This document shows, piece after piece, positions 43,719 through 53,749 of a stretch of 64,000 nt of DNA. Source of the stretch: Andalucia godoyi And28 (lineage: Eukaryota; Protista; Jakobida). The stretch spans positions 186,001 to 250,000 of the forward strand of contig VRVR01000007.1 of assembly GCA_009859145.1 (NCBI GenBank), given 5' to 3'. The notes under the pieces are model-generated. The model did not search any database and was not told the origin of the DNA. It worked only from the letters and a program-made list of their open reading frames with translations. How positions within the stretch are numbered: position 1 is the stretch's first letter; the number at the start of each line of letters is the position of its first letter. The translations under genes were made by a program, and so were the position numbers.

Positions 43719-45090
43719 ATGAGTGGATCCTATGCGACTGCATATAGGCAGCAAAATTTGCGCCTAAAACGTGCTGAGAAGAAGGTAATTCCCGAGTTTC
43801 AAAAGAGACTCTCTGATGTGTCTGTCGATCATGGAGAGTCTCCGGGAAAACCCTATCGTGTTGTGAAGACCGTATCCACGCCTTCCAGCCGATTAGAGAA
43901 CATACTTTGGAATCTACGAACAACCGATTTGCAAGGACAGTTGTTCGGAATATCAAATCTGCTGAAGACACTTAGTCAGCATGACGGATTTCTTTTGTTC
44001 TCATCTTCCGCTTCCAATCTATGCAGATTGATCGTATGCTTCGTGAACTTTTTTAAATTTGCTTTTGTTTTGAAAAATCCAAATGCCAATTTGCATCAGT
44101 GTTTCCTAATTCTTTGGTCCGTACAAATAGGATTTTTTATGTTTGCCTTTCTCGCAGCCAGTTCTTTCTGGCGACATTCAGGTTTCTGTCCGACATCTTC
44201 ATGTTTGGCTGCGCTGCAAAATGATGACGACCGCCTGCATCGTCAAGCTGTTTCTCTTTGACAAATCTCAGTTTTTTAAAATCTTGCAAACTTCGAAATC
44301 CAGTCTTTTTGCGTTTTCGCAAATCGGATTGCGCAGACAGAGTGATCGCATCAGCATAGTCTCTTTCGCGGAGGCTCGTGGTGCAGATACTCTGCAAACG
44401 GTGCTGACCCTTTCGGATACCATGATTTCCCAGATCCTTGCGGAGGGCATTCGCTTGGATCTGGGTTTAAGGTTTTTGCTTTTTGAATCGAGCGAGTTTA
44501 TGACAGGAATTGTCAGTGTCCTTGAGGAGACGTTTGGCCAAAGGCTCTACGCTGTTTTCGAGAATGTTCCATCATTTTCTGGCATCATAAGCTTCACACG
44601 CTATCTGGATTCTGTTCCTCGAGACAGCTTAAAAGAAGTTTGTGACGTGGATGTTCGTCCACAACCTGTTTCGGTTGCCGAAATTCTCTCGGATGTATGC
44701 TCTGCTCCTGAACTGCGGTTTCTCGTGCCTCGGGAATGCAATGCAGGAGTGTTACCGGCGGTCATTCGTTGTGTACTATGGTTTTCTGATGTTGCCGCGG
44801 AGTCTTTCAGTGCAAATTCCTCCATTTCGATATGGTTTCAGGCTTTTGGAGGGAGTCTGTTGAATACCGTTGTGCTGTTGAAAGAGGTATCTGATAATGA
44901 CGAATTGTGGATTCGACAATTTGAAAAGGCTCGACTTTTTGTTCCCATTATACACTTTCTCGCGGACAAGAATGTCGAGATTCGAAGGCTAGCAGTGCGA
45001 TGGATCCATATATTGTCTCGTGCTTATGGGACGGACATCAATTCTGAACTGTCAGAGATTGCAAATTTGTTCGTCGGTAGCCACGACTAA
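43719..45090 (+). CDS. HEAT/TOG-like repeat protein, intron-containing
   Basis: Two frames are joined by a GTATGC donor (44034) and a CAG acceptor (44157) in phase 0; HEAT-like C-terminus 'FVPIIHFLADKNVEIRRLAVRWIHILSRAYG'. Start is uncertain. Confidence 0.5.
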
Positions 45091-45685
45091 TCACTTCGCC
45101 GTTGCGGTCCAAAATATATTATATTAAAATCGCTTAAACTCTCGGGAGGGTCGGAGAAAGCACAAGAAACATTCCAATGAACGGGACAATCGACGAAAAC
45201 GTTGCGTTATTTTTCGACCATTCTTGTCCATAAACGGCCAATTGGAAACGTCGTACACTTTTGATGGCCTCTGTGGACGGTTTTTCATACATGCGCCTGC
45301 AATGTACTGCATAAATCCATAATTGACTCTAACTGAGTACTACTGCAATGTTGCATGGCAATCGATCTTGGGAAATGAATCGTCTAGGGTGACAGCCAGG
45401 CAGGCCCCCAGCACACACAAGTGCATGCGCCATCATAGTTTCGCGCATAAAGCTCGCGAAGCTGGGCGCTATGGTAAAGTCGTCGGTAGGCAGTGCGGAT
45501 TCACTGCGTTCATGCAGTTTCGAGCATGCCTCCAAGAGCGACCGACTCTCAAAACGACAAAAGAACAAGTAAAGCGCGAAATTCTGAAAAAGAGACTTCG
45601 TTATTATTTAGTTTGGACTGGACCGGAAAACGCCACAACGCTGTGGTTTCAAGCATTTTTTGTTATTGTAAAGACGATGAAAACG

Positions 45686-46379
45686 ACACTAACCACGGAT
45701 AATCATCGCTGATCACCCATAATCAATGCTGCGACCCAACAAAATGCATGGCATTGATTGGGAAGGGGGTAGGCCCCAACACGCCCCTCGGCATGAGAGA
45801 CGTTCCTAGGATAGATGTAGATGCTGCGCGCGCCGTTCCAATCGCGGTCGATCGTGCATTTGCACAATGGGCAACAAAGCACCTTGTTTCCATACAACTT
45901 GCGATGGATTTCCTCCGCAACGGCCGCACGCTTTAGACGTGTACACCTCCGTCACAAGTCACAATCGACACCTGCCGCCCCGCGAATTCGCGCGATTTTT
46001 GCAGAGCAGCCACTGCTGGAATTGATAATGGCCCCATGTCAATACCTGCCGCGCAGTTGTCGCCTTGGCGATCTTTCCTGGCGACGGCCCAACGCCGGAA
46101 GGTGGCGGTGGAGATTGTCACAGGTCTTGCGCAGCGTTGCGGACGTGACATACATGGTGCATTGCATGGACAATAACAACAAAAATAAAAATAAGAAATG
46201 AGCGTCGCTGTGCGAGAATGCAACGCGGCGGCGTGTTTATAGGGATTTCATGATCAAAATGGGACGAAACGAATCGGGCATCGTGTGACGGAGCTGTGAA
46301 GATAGCAAACACATGCGCATGGCGCGTGGCAGTGGTTCTGTTTACGTGCGCTTTAGATTGCTTCATCATATCGCAATAA
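45686..46379 (-). mobile_element. Fanzor2/TnpB-derived non-autonomous element A (pseudogenised RuvC-II/zinc finger/RuvC-III plus 3' omegaRNA-like end)
   Basis: After frameshift correction it encodes 'KIAKATTARQVLTWGHYQFQQWLLCK-SREFAGRQVSIVTEVYTSKACGRCG-EIHRKLYGNKVLCCPLCKCTIDRDWNGARSI'. Inverted near-identical copy of 61743-62432; lacks the last 10 nt of the shared end. Confidence 0.88.
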
Positions 46380-46744
46380 GTTGCACATGGTAATGGCATG
46401 GAGGTACAAGCTGCTCTCTCTGTGTTTCCTGCTCGACTGCGCACAAAGCAAAAAACTACAAATTCGCTTTTCCACGCGAAACGGAGAAAAATCTGCGAAA
46501 GACCAACATTTCCATCGTGACCAATCTACAGCCTGCATTTGGTGGAGTTTGTACAGCCTCGGGTGCGTCTGAGGCATGTGGGTTTTTTGGGCATGCGCAT
46601 TGAAATTTAACAGACTCCGAAAAAACACGCCATCCAGCAATTAGAAGTTCCCTTGGTCACTTCCTGAATGCGATACGCAACATGCAAGTTCTCAAAAGCC
46701 GGATGCGTCTGCGCAGCCATCAAGAAAAGGACCCTACCCGGTCA

Positions 46745-49700
46745 TTAATCGTCCTCGCGAAAAGCCGTCCCAATTTTCTCACGAACAAATGTGAAGATCA
46801 TATCACCCTCATTCAGAATAGATTCTCTTCGAGGAGTACCGTAAACATAAGGGCAAGGGGCGCCCATAAATGATCGCTGCCTATAGATACCAACAGGGAT
46901 GCATTGCTCCGTTCGCAGAGACCAACTATAAAATTCTGCATAGGTCGAGCCCACAAATTCTGAAGGCACTTCTATACGAGATATGGTGAAAATGTCATCG
47001 TCTTCTCCTGTTCGTCGTTTTTTCAAGCGTGTTCTTCTTCTGATTGTCGAGCCGAAACAGGAGGTGAGCTGGCTGAAGACATCCAAAACCTGGGGATGAA
47101 AAAATGATTGGACCATCAGCGAATCCAAGACACAGTCCACAAATGCGCGTCCACTCGCAAAGCAAGGATTGAGAAATTCGTCGGCTGGCTTCGATGCAGC
47201 ACCGAACTGTGACTGTACGTGCCCAGACATACTTTGCAGATACCGCATTGACGATCCATTCACCAACTCCACAGTTGACGCAAAACTGTCCATATCAGAA
47301 GACTTCTGCAACTTCTCGCATCTCTTCCTCCGCAATTCCAGGTATTTTTCTACGTGATGATGCGTCAAAATCGGCACAAAATCAACATAATTTCCGTATG
47401 TCTCTTCATCCATGACGGTTGATTCAAACGACGTTTGCGCTAAGCACACTACTCTAGAGGCTCCCATTATATTACATTTCTCAAGATCAAACGTATGTTG
47501 GGAAGAGCCGAAGCAAACAAACACATCGGGGAAAAGAGAAACGTTGTCCCACCATTCTGGAGTGGTGGAGTCCAAAGATGCATTTCGCGTTTCCTCAGAG
47601 GAACGCCTTCCAAAGGACGGATGGCAAAGCAAGATAATGGCAGGAGGGTTCTTGATACGCCGAGAACGTAAGGGAAGAATGAAGTGCTCGAATGCATGAG
47701 GTTCGCCACACACGATAATATGTCCTTCTTTTTCAAAGTTTTTCAAAATAATGGACTCGTCAAACGGCCGCGGTTCCAAGCAAAGCCGATACTCAGATGC
47801 CACTGACGCTGCAGAGAGCTTTATCTTCATGCGGTCCACAAGATTCTGCGCTGCATGAAGCAAAGACAATGGAACGGTCTCGGAGGGTTTGCGCAGGAAC
47901 CCGGTGGCGCCAGCATCGACATCAGCGAACTTCCTTGCCTGTGGAAATGAAACAACATCACAGAACGCAGAAGAGGACTCCGAGAGCATGCTCGTTACCG
48001 GAAGTCCTGCTGCTAGCATCTGTTGTTCAATCAAACTTACGTCCTCAAACGTCAGATTAGCAATCCGCACGCTTGTTTGCGAATCCAAAGCCAACACAAA
48101 AATGATATCATGGCCGTGAATGGTCTGTCCAAAATTCGGACAGATGAAAATATCGCCATTTTTGTCCGCAATATTTTCAGCCAGAGCATTGATTCTGCGC
48201 ATTTTCGCTTGCGATGTGGACCGAAATTTCCGACTCAACATACTTGGCAAGTCAGCATGCGAGGATGATGCAGGGAGTTGCGAAGCCGCAGATGTCGGAC
48301 CTAGATAGCCGAACACAACAACATTGAAAGCATGAAAGAGTATCTGGGCAATATCACCAAAAGTACGATTGTTGAGTGCCAGGGGAAGACGGACTGGGAA
48401 GACAGAATGCGAAAGACCAAACGTGTATTCTGACATCCAAGAATCCGGTTCGCAAACAATTCCAGGCTCCTTTCTCATCCAGCCTGACACAAGCGTAGTC
48501 AATCCCGGACAACGGCAATTCAGTGCAAGGAGGTTCAACGCAAATTCACGAACGCAAACTACATGCTGCTTATGAGAAGATGCCTGCGAGAGAAAAGGTT
48601 CGCAGGTAAAATCATTCGAAGTGTCTGCTGCCTTGGAAAACATAGACACCAGCTGGTACGCAGTCTGCGGAAGCAAAACCTGCACGTACAATTCGCAGTT
48701 GGGATCAAATGACCGGACAGAAAGCACTTTCATGACTGTTTTAGAATCTTCTTCAAAAGGGTTCTTTGAGACCTTTGCAGTCAGAAAGAAAAAACCTGCA
48801 GAATGCTTTGCAGCACACCGAATCAAATCATATTCAGAAGTTGGAGATCCTTGTAGGTACTGAACTCGCTTTCTAAAACTGCCCTCTCTCAGAAACTGTG
48901 CATCCTTTTCCGACGGTATATTTGAATTCATCGCCAACACATGAAACCTGTGACCTCCGAAGGCGGGGTGGAAAAACTCCGAGAAAAAATGACCAACTGT
49001 GTACAGTGAAGCAGGAGATGATACAACAATATGTCCGAATCCTGGAGTTCTTGTTATCGCGCCTCGGAATCGGGAATGAGTGAAGACTAAACGAACAAGA
49101 TGACCAGATTGGACAGGCACAATGATCATCATCGACAGAACAAAGCAAATTGTAAACAATCTCCCCTCAGCACTTCGAGGAACAATGTCCCCAAACCCAA
49201 CAGTTGCTCCAGTAATGACGATGAAATAGACGGAATTGAAAAAAGTAATTTGAGTTTTCGAAGGAGGAGCAAGAACCCCGAAATCGACGCTCTCATCATC
49301 GAACGAATTCTCGACAATTTGAAAGATTCCTGCGGAACAAAATATCAAACAGAACACACTGACGAGCATCACAAAAACTTGCTGATGAATTGTCTCATTA
49401 TCGAGCACACCATAGCCGAAATTCAAAAATCGATGCACTCGGAGAATCCTGAACAAACGCAGAATGCGAAATGTCCGCAGAAATACGAGAGAGAAATCTG
49501 AAGACGATGTAATCACAAGTAGTGCAGGAAGGATTGTTAACAAGTCAATAATTGAACGAAATTTGCAGACGAATTGAAGACGGGATGACGCAGAATAGAA
49601 TTGAATGCCATAATCCAGTGCAAAAAAGAAAACGAGAACACCTTCACAAATGTCAAAGGAAAACGGAGCGGGATCCATGTACGTCGAGGCGACATACAGA

Positions 49701-49903
49701 CTGGATGCTATGACCGAAATTGCAATTTGAAAGGAATCCCATATGAACCCAAGTATCGTAAATTTGAACAGGAAGTGCACATATTCCCGCGTGCTTCGTT
49801 TCCTTTCCGATGGCTTCGCAGACAAGACGGAAACCGTCAAAAATCTTGATTTGCGATCGTATGTCCTTTCTAGGTACAATAGATCCACACTGTCAAAAGA
49901 CAT
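46745..49903 (-). CDS. Slo/BK-family large-conductance K+ channel (6TM plus two RCK domains)
   Basis: S4 'FLRTFRILRLFRILRVHR', pore 'FIVITGATVGFGDIVP', RCK1 'GHIVV..EFFHP..YLQGSP', 'VLSVRSF', RCK2 'GHIIVCG', 'FASGRAF..LDSLMVQSFF', 'IPVGIYR'. Confidence 0.9.
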   Translation of the reverse strand: MSFDSVDLLYLERTYDRKSRFLTVSVLSAKPSERKRSTREYVHFLFKFTILGFIWDSFQIAISVIASSLYVASTYMDPAPFSFDICEGVLVFFFALDYGIQFYSASSRLQFVCKFRSIIDLLTILPALLVITSSSDFSLVFLRTFRILRLFRILRVHRFLNFGYGVLDNETIHQQVFVMLVSVFCLIFCSAGIFQIVENSFDDESVDFGVLAPPSKTQITFFNSVYFIVITGATVGFGDIVPRSAEGRLFTICFVLSMMIIVPVQSGHLVRLVFTHSRFRGAITRTPGFGHIVVSSPASLYTVGHFFSEFFHPAFGGHRFHVLAMNSNIPSEKDAQFLREGSFRKRVQYLQGSPTSEYDLIRCAAKHSAGFFFLTAKVSKNPFEEDSKTVMKVLSVRSFDPNCELYVQVLLPQTAYQLVSMFSKAADTSNDFTCEPFLSQASSHKQHVVCVREFALNLLALNCRCPGLTTLVSGWMRKEPGIVCEPDSWMSEYTFGLSHSVFPVRLPLALNNRTFGDIAQILFHAFNVVVFGYLGPTSAASQLPASSSHADLPSMLSRKFRSTSQAKMRRINALAENIADKNGDIFICPNFGQTIHGHDIIFVLALDSQTSVRIANLTFEDVSLIEQQMLAAGLPVTSMLSESSSAFCDVVSFPQARKFADVDAGATGFLRKPSETVPLSLLHAAQNLVDRMKIKLSAASVASEYRLCLEPRPFDESIILKNFEKEGHIIVCGEPHAFEHFILPLRSRRIKNPPAIILLCHPSFGRRSSEETRNASLDSTTPEWWDNVSLFPDVFVCFGSSQHTFDLEKCNIMGASRVVCLAQTSFESTVMDEETYGNYVDFVPILTHHHVEKYLELRRKRCEKLQKSSDMDSFASTVELVNGSSMRYLQSMSGHVQSQFGAASKPADEFLNPCFASGRAFVDCVLDSLMVQSFFHPQVLDVFSQLTSCFGSTIRRRTRLKKRRTGEDDDIFTISRIEVPSEFVGSTYAEFYSWSLRTEQCIPVGIYRQRSFMGAPCPYVYGTPRRESILNEGDMIFTFVREKIGTAFREDD

Positions 49904-49980
49904 TGCACACAAAGACGTTCGTCAATCTGCTCCTGAGGATATCTCTCACAAGAATCGTCTGGGCAAACATGTACCTCTCT

Positions 49981-50591
49981 GTATAACCCTCCAACCCAAA
50001 TCGTCTTGTGGGACGGCAGCGAATATCATCGGATAGCACGGCTGAGTTGACAACCGTCGACATTGCTGTTGAATGAACGCCGACCTTTTTCTTCTGCAGA
50101 CTGCTGCTGCTGCTGCTGCTGATTGTTGTTGTTGTTGTTGTTGTCACGGCGTAGGTGTGCAGGTCGAGGCCCAATGAGACACTGTCGGATATTGACAACC
50201 AATTCCTTGTAATCGATGATTCCTCCCCCGCAGCCTCTCTCTCTCTCTCACTGTGGCGCACACCATTGCCAATCAACAACAAAAAAAAATAATCCAATAT
50301 CCGCTCGGAATGGCAATAATGAAGCTCGTTAAAATTCCAAGTTTTTCCCTGGTTCCCAAGGTCCAAACGGTTCCAACGAGTGCACTAATTCATCCATTCG
50401 AGAGCTCTGAACAGGAAATAGGTTGTTTCTGTTTTGGGGTGCGCAGACCCACGGAGGTCCCGCTCAAAAGGGGGAACTCATTGGATGGGCGCTGATGCGG
50501 ATTTACAACGTCCCTTTACGCCAAAAAAGTCTGTCTGAGACGCAGCATGCGAGCTAAATGTTTGGAGAGAGGTTTGGATCGGAGGGTAGTA
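49981..50591 (+). ncRNA. Unidentified conserved element, copy 2, with two large insertions (about 105 and 255 nt) containing microsatellites
   Basis: Same blocks in the same order as 13361-13609; 5' ACCCTCCAACCCAAA pairs with 3' TTTGGATCGGAGGGT. Strand is uncertain. Confidence 0.45.
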
Positions 50592-51397
50592 CTTTATCAG
50601 TAGCTTCTCAGCGTGGTCCTTGCGAACTTTGAAGAGCGGAATAGTCCCTACTGTAAAGAAAACTAGCCCAGATCTGCACGCATCAATTGAGGCAACTTAT
50701 GGGGAGTGACATTTGCTCCTCTGACTGGTCTGGATCGCGACTTGTTGTCAGTCTAGAAACCGCACATTGAAAAAAAGAAAACGAAAAAAATTTCTTCGCT
50801 TTTACTTTCGTTTTTTTCTTTCTGTGGCTTCATCGGTTGCTTCGCAGTGCTGGCGTGTTCCTGGTCCATCTGTATGTTATTCTAAGTGAACAAAAAAAGA
50901 GTTTCTTCGCGCCTCAACATCTTCTGAATAGTTTAGTATCCACGAAGATTTTTTTGGTTTGCTGCGCGGAACATCTTCTGGTCTTCACTTTCCTTGGTGA
51001 TGTGATTGATTGTCATCATTTCGGCATTAACTGACCTCAAATTTTTTTTTACAAATATTTTCTTTTAGTGTAGCGTCTCTTTTTGCTAGGCCAATTCTCG
51101 GTAGCACCGTCTCTCTTTGTGGGGATGTGATCCGTATGTATCAGCGGTCTTTTTTCCTGGTTGATGTACGCGTGTGATTGGAATGAGGAGAAAACAGATA
51201 GGGACATCTGATCCATATCCATTCAATATAGCCCATGAAGATTTATCTAAAATAGATGACGAGACTGACCTTTCACATGCGTCATATCCACCTTTTTTAT
51301 TCAGTGGCGTTTTCGTTTTCATTTCATTTTCTCACGTTTTTCGTTTTTCTATTGTTTGTTTTTGTAGATCTCGAAGCCAATTTCAATAAACATTCTG

Positions 51398-53404
51398 TTA
51401 TTTATCAATGAGCAAACCGTCTTTTTTGTGCTGATAGACTGTCTTTCTGTTTCGATGCCGCAACTGGAACTGTTTTCTGGAGAACGACGGGTCCAAAGCA
51501 GCAAGATCTGATACATGAGACTGCGAAACATCATAAAACGCGTCAAGCGGCAAACTTTCCATGAGGAACGGTGGAGGAAGGTCAACTGAGGAAGAAGACA
51601 CGACCTTTGTGGATCCCTTTGAAAACGCATGAGCAAGGAATTGCCGTGAGTTGTCATACATCCCATCCGATGGTCTCTCGAATGCATGCTCAAACGATCC
51701 TGCAGTCCCTGAAAACGACGACGGACGAAGTTGCAACAGTCGCCGAGAAGACGTAAACGGAACAAAGGCATACGGAAATTGCAAGTCTGCGAGAAACGGG
51801 ATCATTGAAATAGTCACAGCATCGGACTTTTCATGAAGAACAGAGGAGCGGAACAGAGGAAGTTTCGCTGCAACCATGGTAGACCAATGTTCCATAATCG
51901 CACTCGCAGCCTGTCTTTGGGATAGATGCCGAGCCTGCAGCATGCTCTCAAACGACCGCAGAGACATTGTGATCATACGCACACTCTGTTGAACAAGATC
52001 GGGAACATCGTCAACAGACTCCTTCCTGCAACGTTCAATGACAAACGAGTACACCAAGTCCGCAGCGACAGGATCTTCCAATACGCTGGTTAGCAGCGTT
52101 GTGGCCTTGCGGTGTGCTAGAACCTTGTCCTTTGATATTTTTTCGGATACAATGTTAATTGCTGCAAGTTGCATTTCCGAAAACACGTCCAAGTCTTCGT
52201 CCAACGAGTCCCACACCCCACAGAGCTTGCCATACAATCGACGGAAAAAGCGCAACACTGTTTCACAAACTGTGTGAAGAAGCGGATGGAAAGTTGTCTC
52301 AATATCCATTTCAGCCAACGAATTCGCACAAGCAACTGCGTCTTCTAGAGAGTGCACAACAACAACACAGTCTCCAAAGTCCTTGATTTTTTCTTCTTCC
52401 AGAAGCTTGACAATGTAGGAAGACATGAACCGAAGCTCATCTTGTTCCGTTTCAAAATGAATGGCAGAACAAGTTGCATCATGCATTGGCCATAGTGATC
52501 GTTTCTGCATGAATCTTGGAACCACCAATCGAATCGAGGATTCGGAGCAATGGCCTCCAATAGAGGGCTTTGTCTTCACGGAGTTGCCGATATCCGAGGA
52601 CGACAAACGAGACTCCAATGCACAGCGACCCTCGCTCTCCACAACTGGGATCTCCACAGCATTCACAATCTTCAGAAGAGTGGTATCAAGAGCTGAAAGC
52701 AAAAAACGAGAACCATAAAAGAAGCAAACGTTGTCGGCAAACTCCGGACGCTGACCAGACGGAGCTGAGAGCTCTCGCACCGCATCGTAATAATCAAAGT
52801 AATGGAGACGATTCTTCAATCTCTGGTAAATTCCGAATGCATCAATCACACGACCACGATATCTCTCAGAAAAGAGCTCTGGTGATATATGATCCTGCAC
52901 ATACGACGAGCACTCCATGTTTCGCTTTTGAATGTTGCGAATCACAGACGCAAGGTGATCGACAACATCGAATCGAGATGCAAAGCCAAACACTCCTGGT
53001 GAGTCCTCATGTGGTCTCTGCACACCCTCGAGAACGTCAGATACAAAGGAACTCCAATTAAGCTTCTCGGAAACCGCAGAAGGAAGGTGCAAATGCAAGA
53101 AACCGGAGATGTCGGACGTTGAAAGAAACCGGCGCGATCTCATCGTATTCTGCACACAGCTTTGAGCATATTTTCCAAGAGAAAACGACGATCGAAGCAG
53201 AATAAGCGGATTGGAGGACAATTGTAATTTACCTTCGTCAATCCCGGAACTTCCATCATTGGCAAAATGCGCATCGACGACTCGCTGCATCAAAGCAGCA
53301 ACAGTGCCATTTCTTGATAAGAACCGAACATGCGGTGAACCTCGGTGGGTCTCCAAAATGACCTTGATCTGCGAAACGGCATTCGATGGCAAAGGAATGC
53401 GCAT
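51398..53404 (-). CDS. Degenerate UvrD/PcrA-like (SF1) helicase-fold protein
   Basis: 'IHFETEQDELRFMSSYIVKL..DCVVVVHS..ANSLAEMDI' resembles the UvrD motif IVa region and 'DAVTISMIPFLADLQFPYAFV' resembles motif V (TIHxAKGLEF), but no GxxGxGKT or DExQD is present. Confidence 0.5.
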   Translation of the reverse strand: MRIPLPSNAVSQIKVILETHRGSPHVRFLSRNGTVAALMQRVVDAHFANDGSSGIDEGKLQLSSNPLILLRSSFSLGKYAQSCVQNTMRSRRFLSTSDISGFLHLHLPSAVSEKLNWSSFVSDVLEGVQRPHEDSPGVFGFASRFDVVDHLASVIRNIQKRNMECSSYVQDHISPELFSERYRGRVIDAFGIYQRLKNRLHYFDYYDAVRELSAPSGQRPEFADNVCFFYGSRFLLSALDTTLLKIVNAVEIPVVESEGRCALESRLSSSDIGNSVKTKPSIGGHCSESSIRLVVPRFMQKRSLWPMHDATCSAIHFETEQDELRFMSSYIVKLLEEEKIKDFGDCVVVVHSLEDAVACANSLAEMDIETTFHPLLHTVCETVLRFFRRLYGKLCGVWDSLDEDLDVFSEMQLAAINIVSEKISKDKVLAHRKATTLLTSVLEDPVAADLVYSFVIERCRKESVDDVPDLVQQSVRMITMSLRSFESMLQARHLSQRQAASAIMEHWSTMVAAKLPLFRSSVLHEKSDAVTISMIPFLADLQFPYAFVPFTSSRRLLQLRPSSFSGTAGSFEHAFERPSDGMYDNSRQFLAHAFSKGSTKVVSSSSVDLPPPFLMESLPLDAFYDVSQSHVSDLAALDPSFSRKQFQLRHRNRKTVYQHKKDGLLIDK

Positions 53405-53749
53405 CGATTCATGTCACGTTTGTGTGCAACAAGGAATAAAGAAGCAAGGAGGCGGGGGGAAAGCAACAACAAAAACATATTAAAAACAACAGTAATATAA
53501 AAGAGGTTGATGATGAAGAACTGTGAAGCAATTCCAGATGCTTCCATTTGTAGCATCAATGGATGCTTGGTTGTCCTGTGCCTTGCTCACGAGTCCTTGA
53601 CCCACTGATCAAACGTTGCAACCGAGGAGGAGGACGGTGCTTGAACAAAAAAGTCAAGACACAAACACAATCACCCACACAAATAAGAAACTCCACAGGA
53701 ATAATTCTCGACTGTTGATCCCCTTGTTAATCAAAAAGAGCGTTTTCAG

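Noticed and set aside
45100-46700. IS607-type serine recombinase (TnpA) next to the Fanzor remnants
   Set aside because: No YARVSS, DIGSG or DRLxR motifs were noticed in the translated frames here or at 59.4-64 kb.
50600-50770. H/ACA snoRNA candidate (AAAGAA hinge, ACA before an A-run)
   Set aside because: The motifs are too short and the hairpins were not verifiable by eye.
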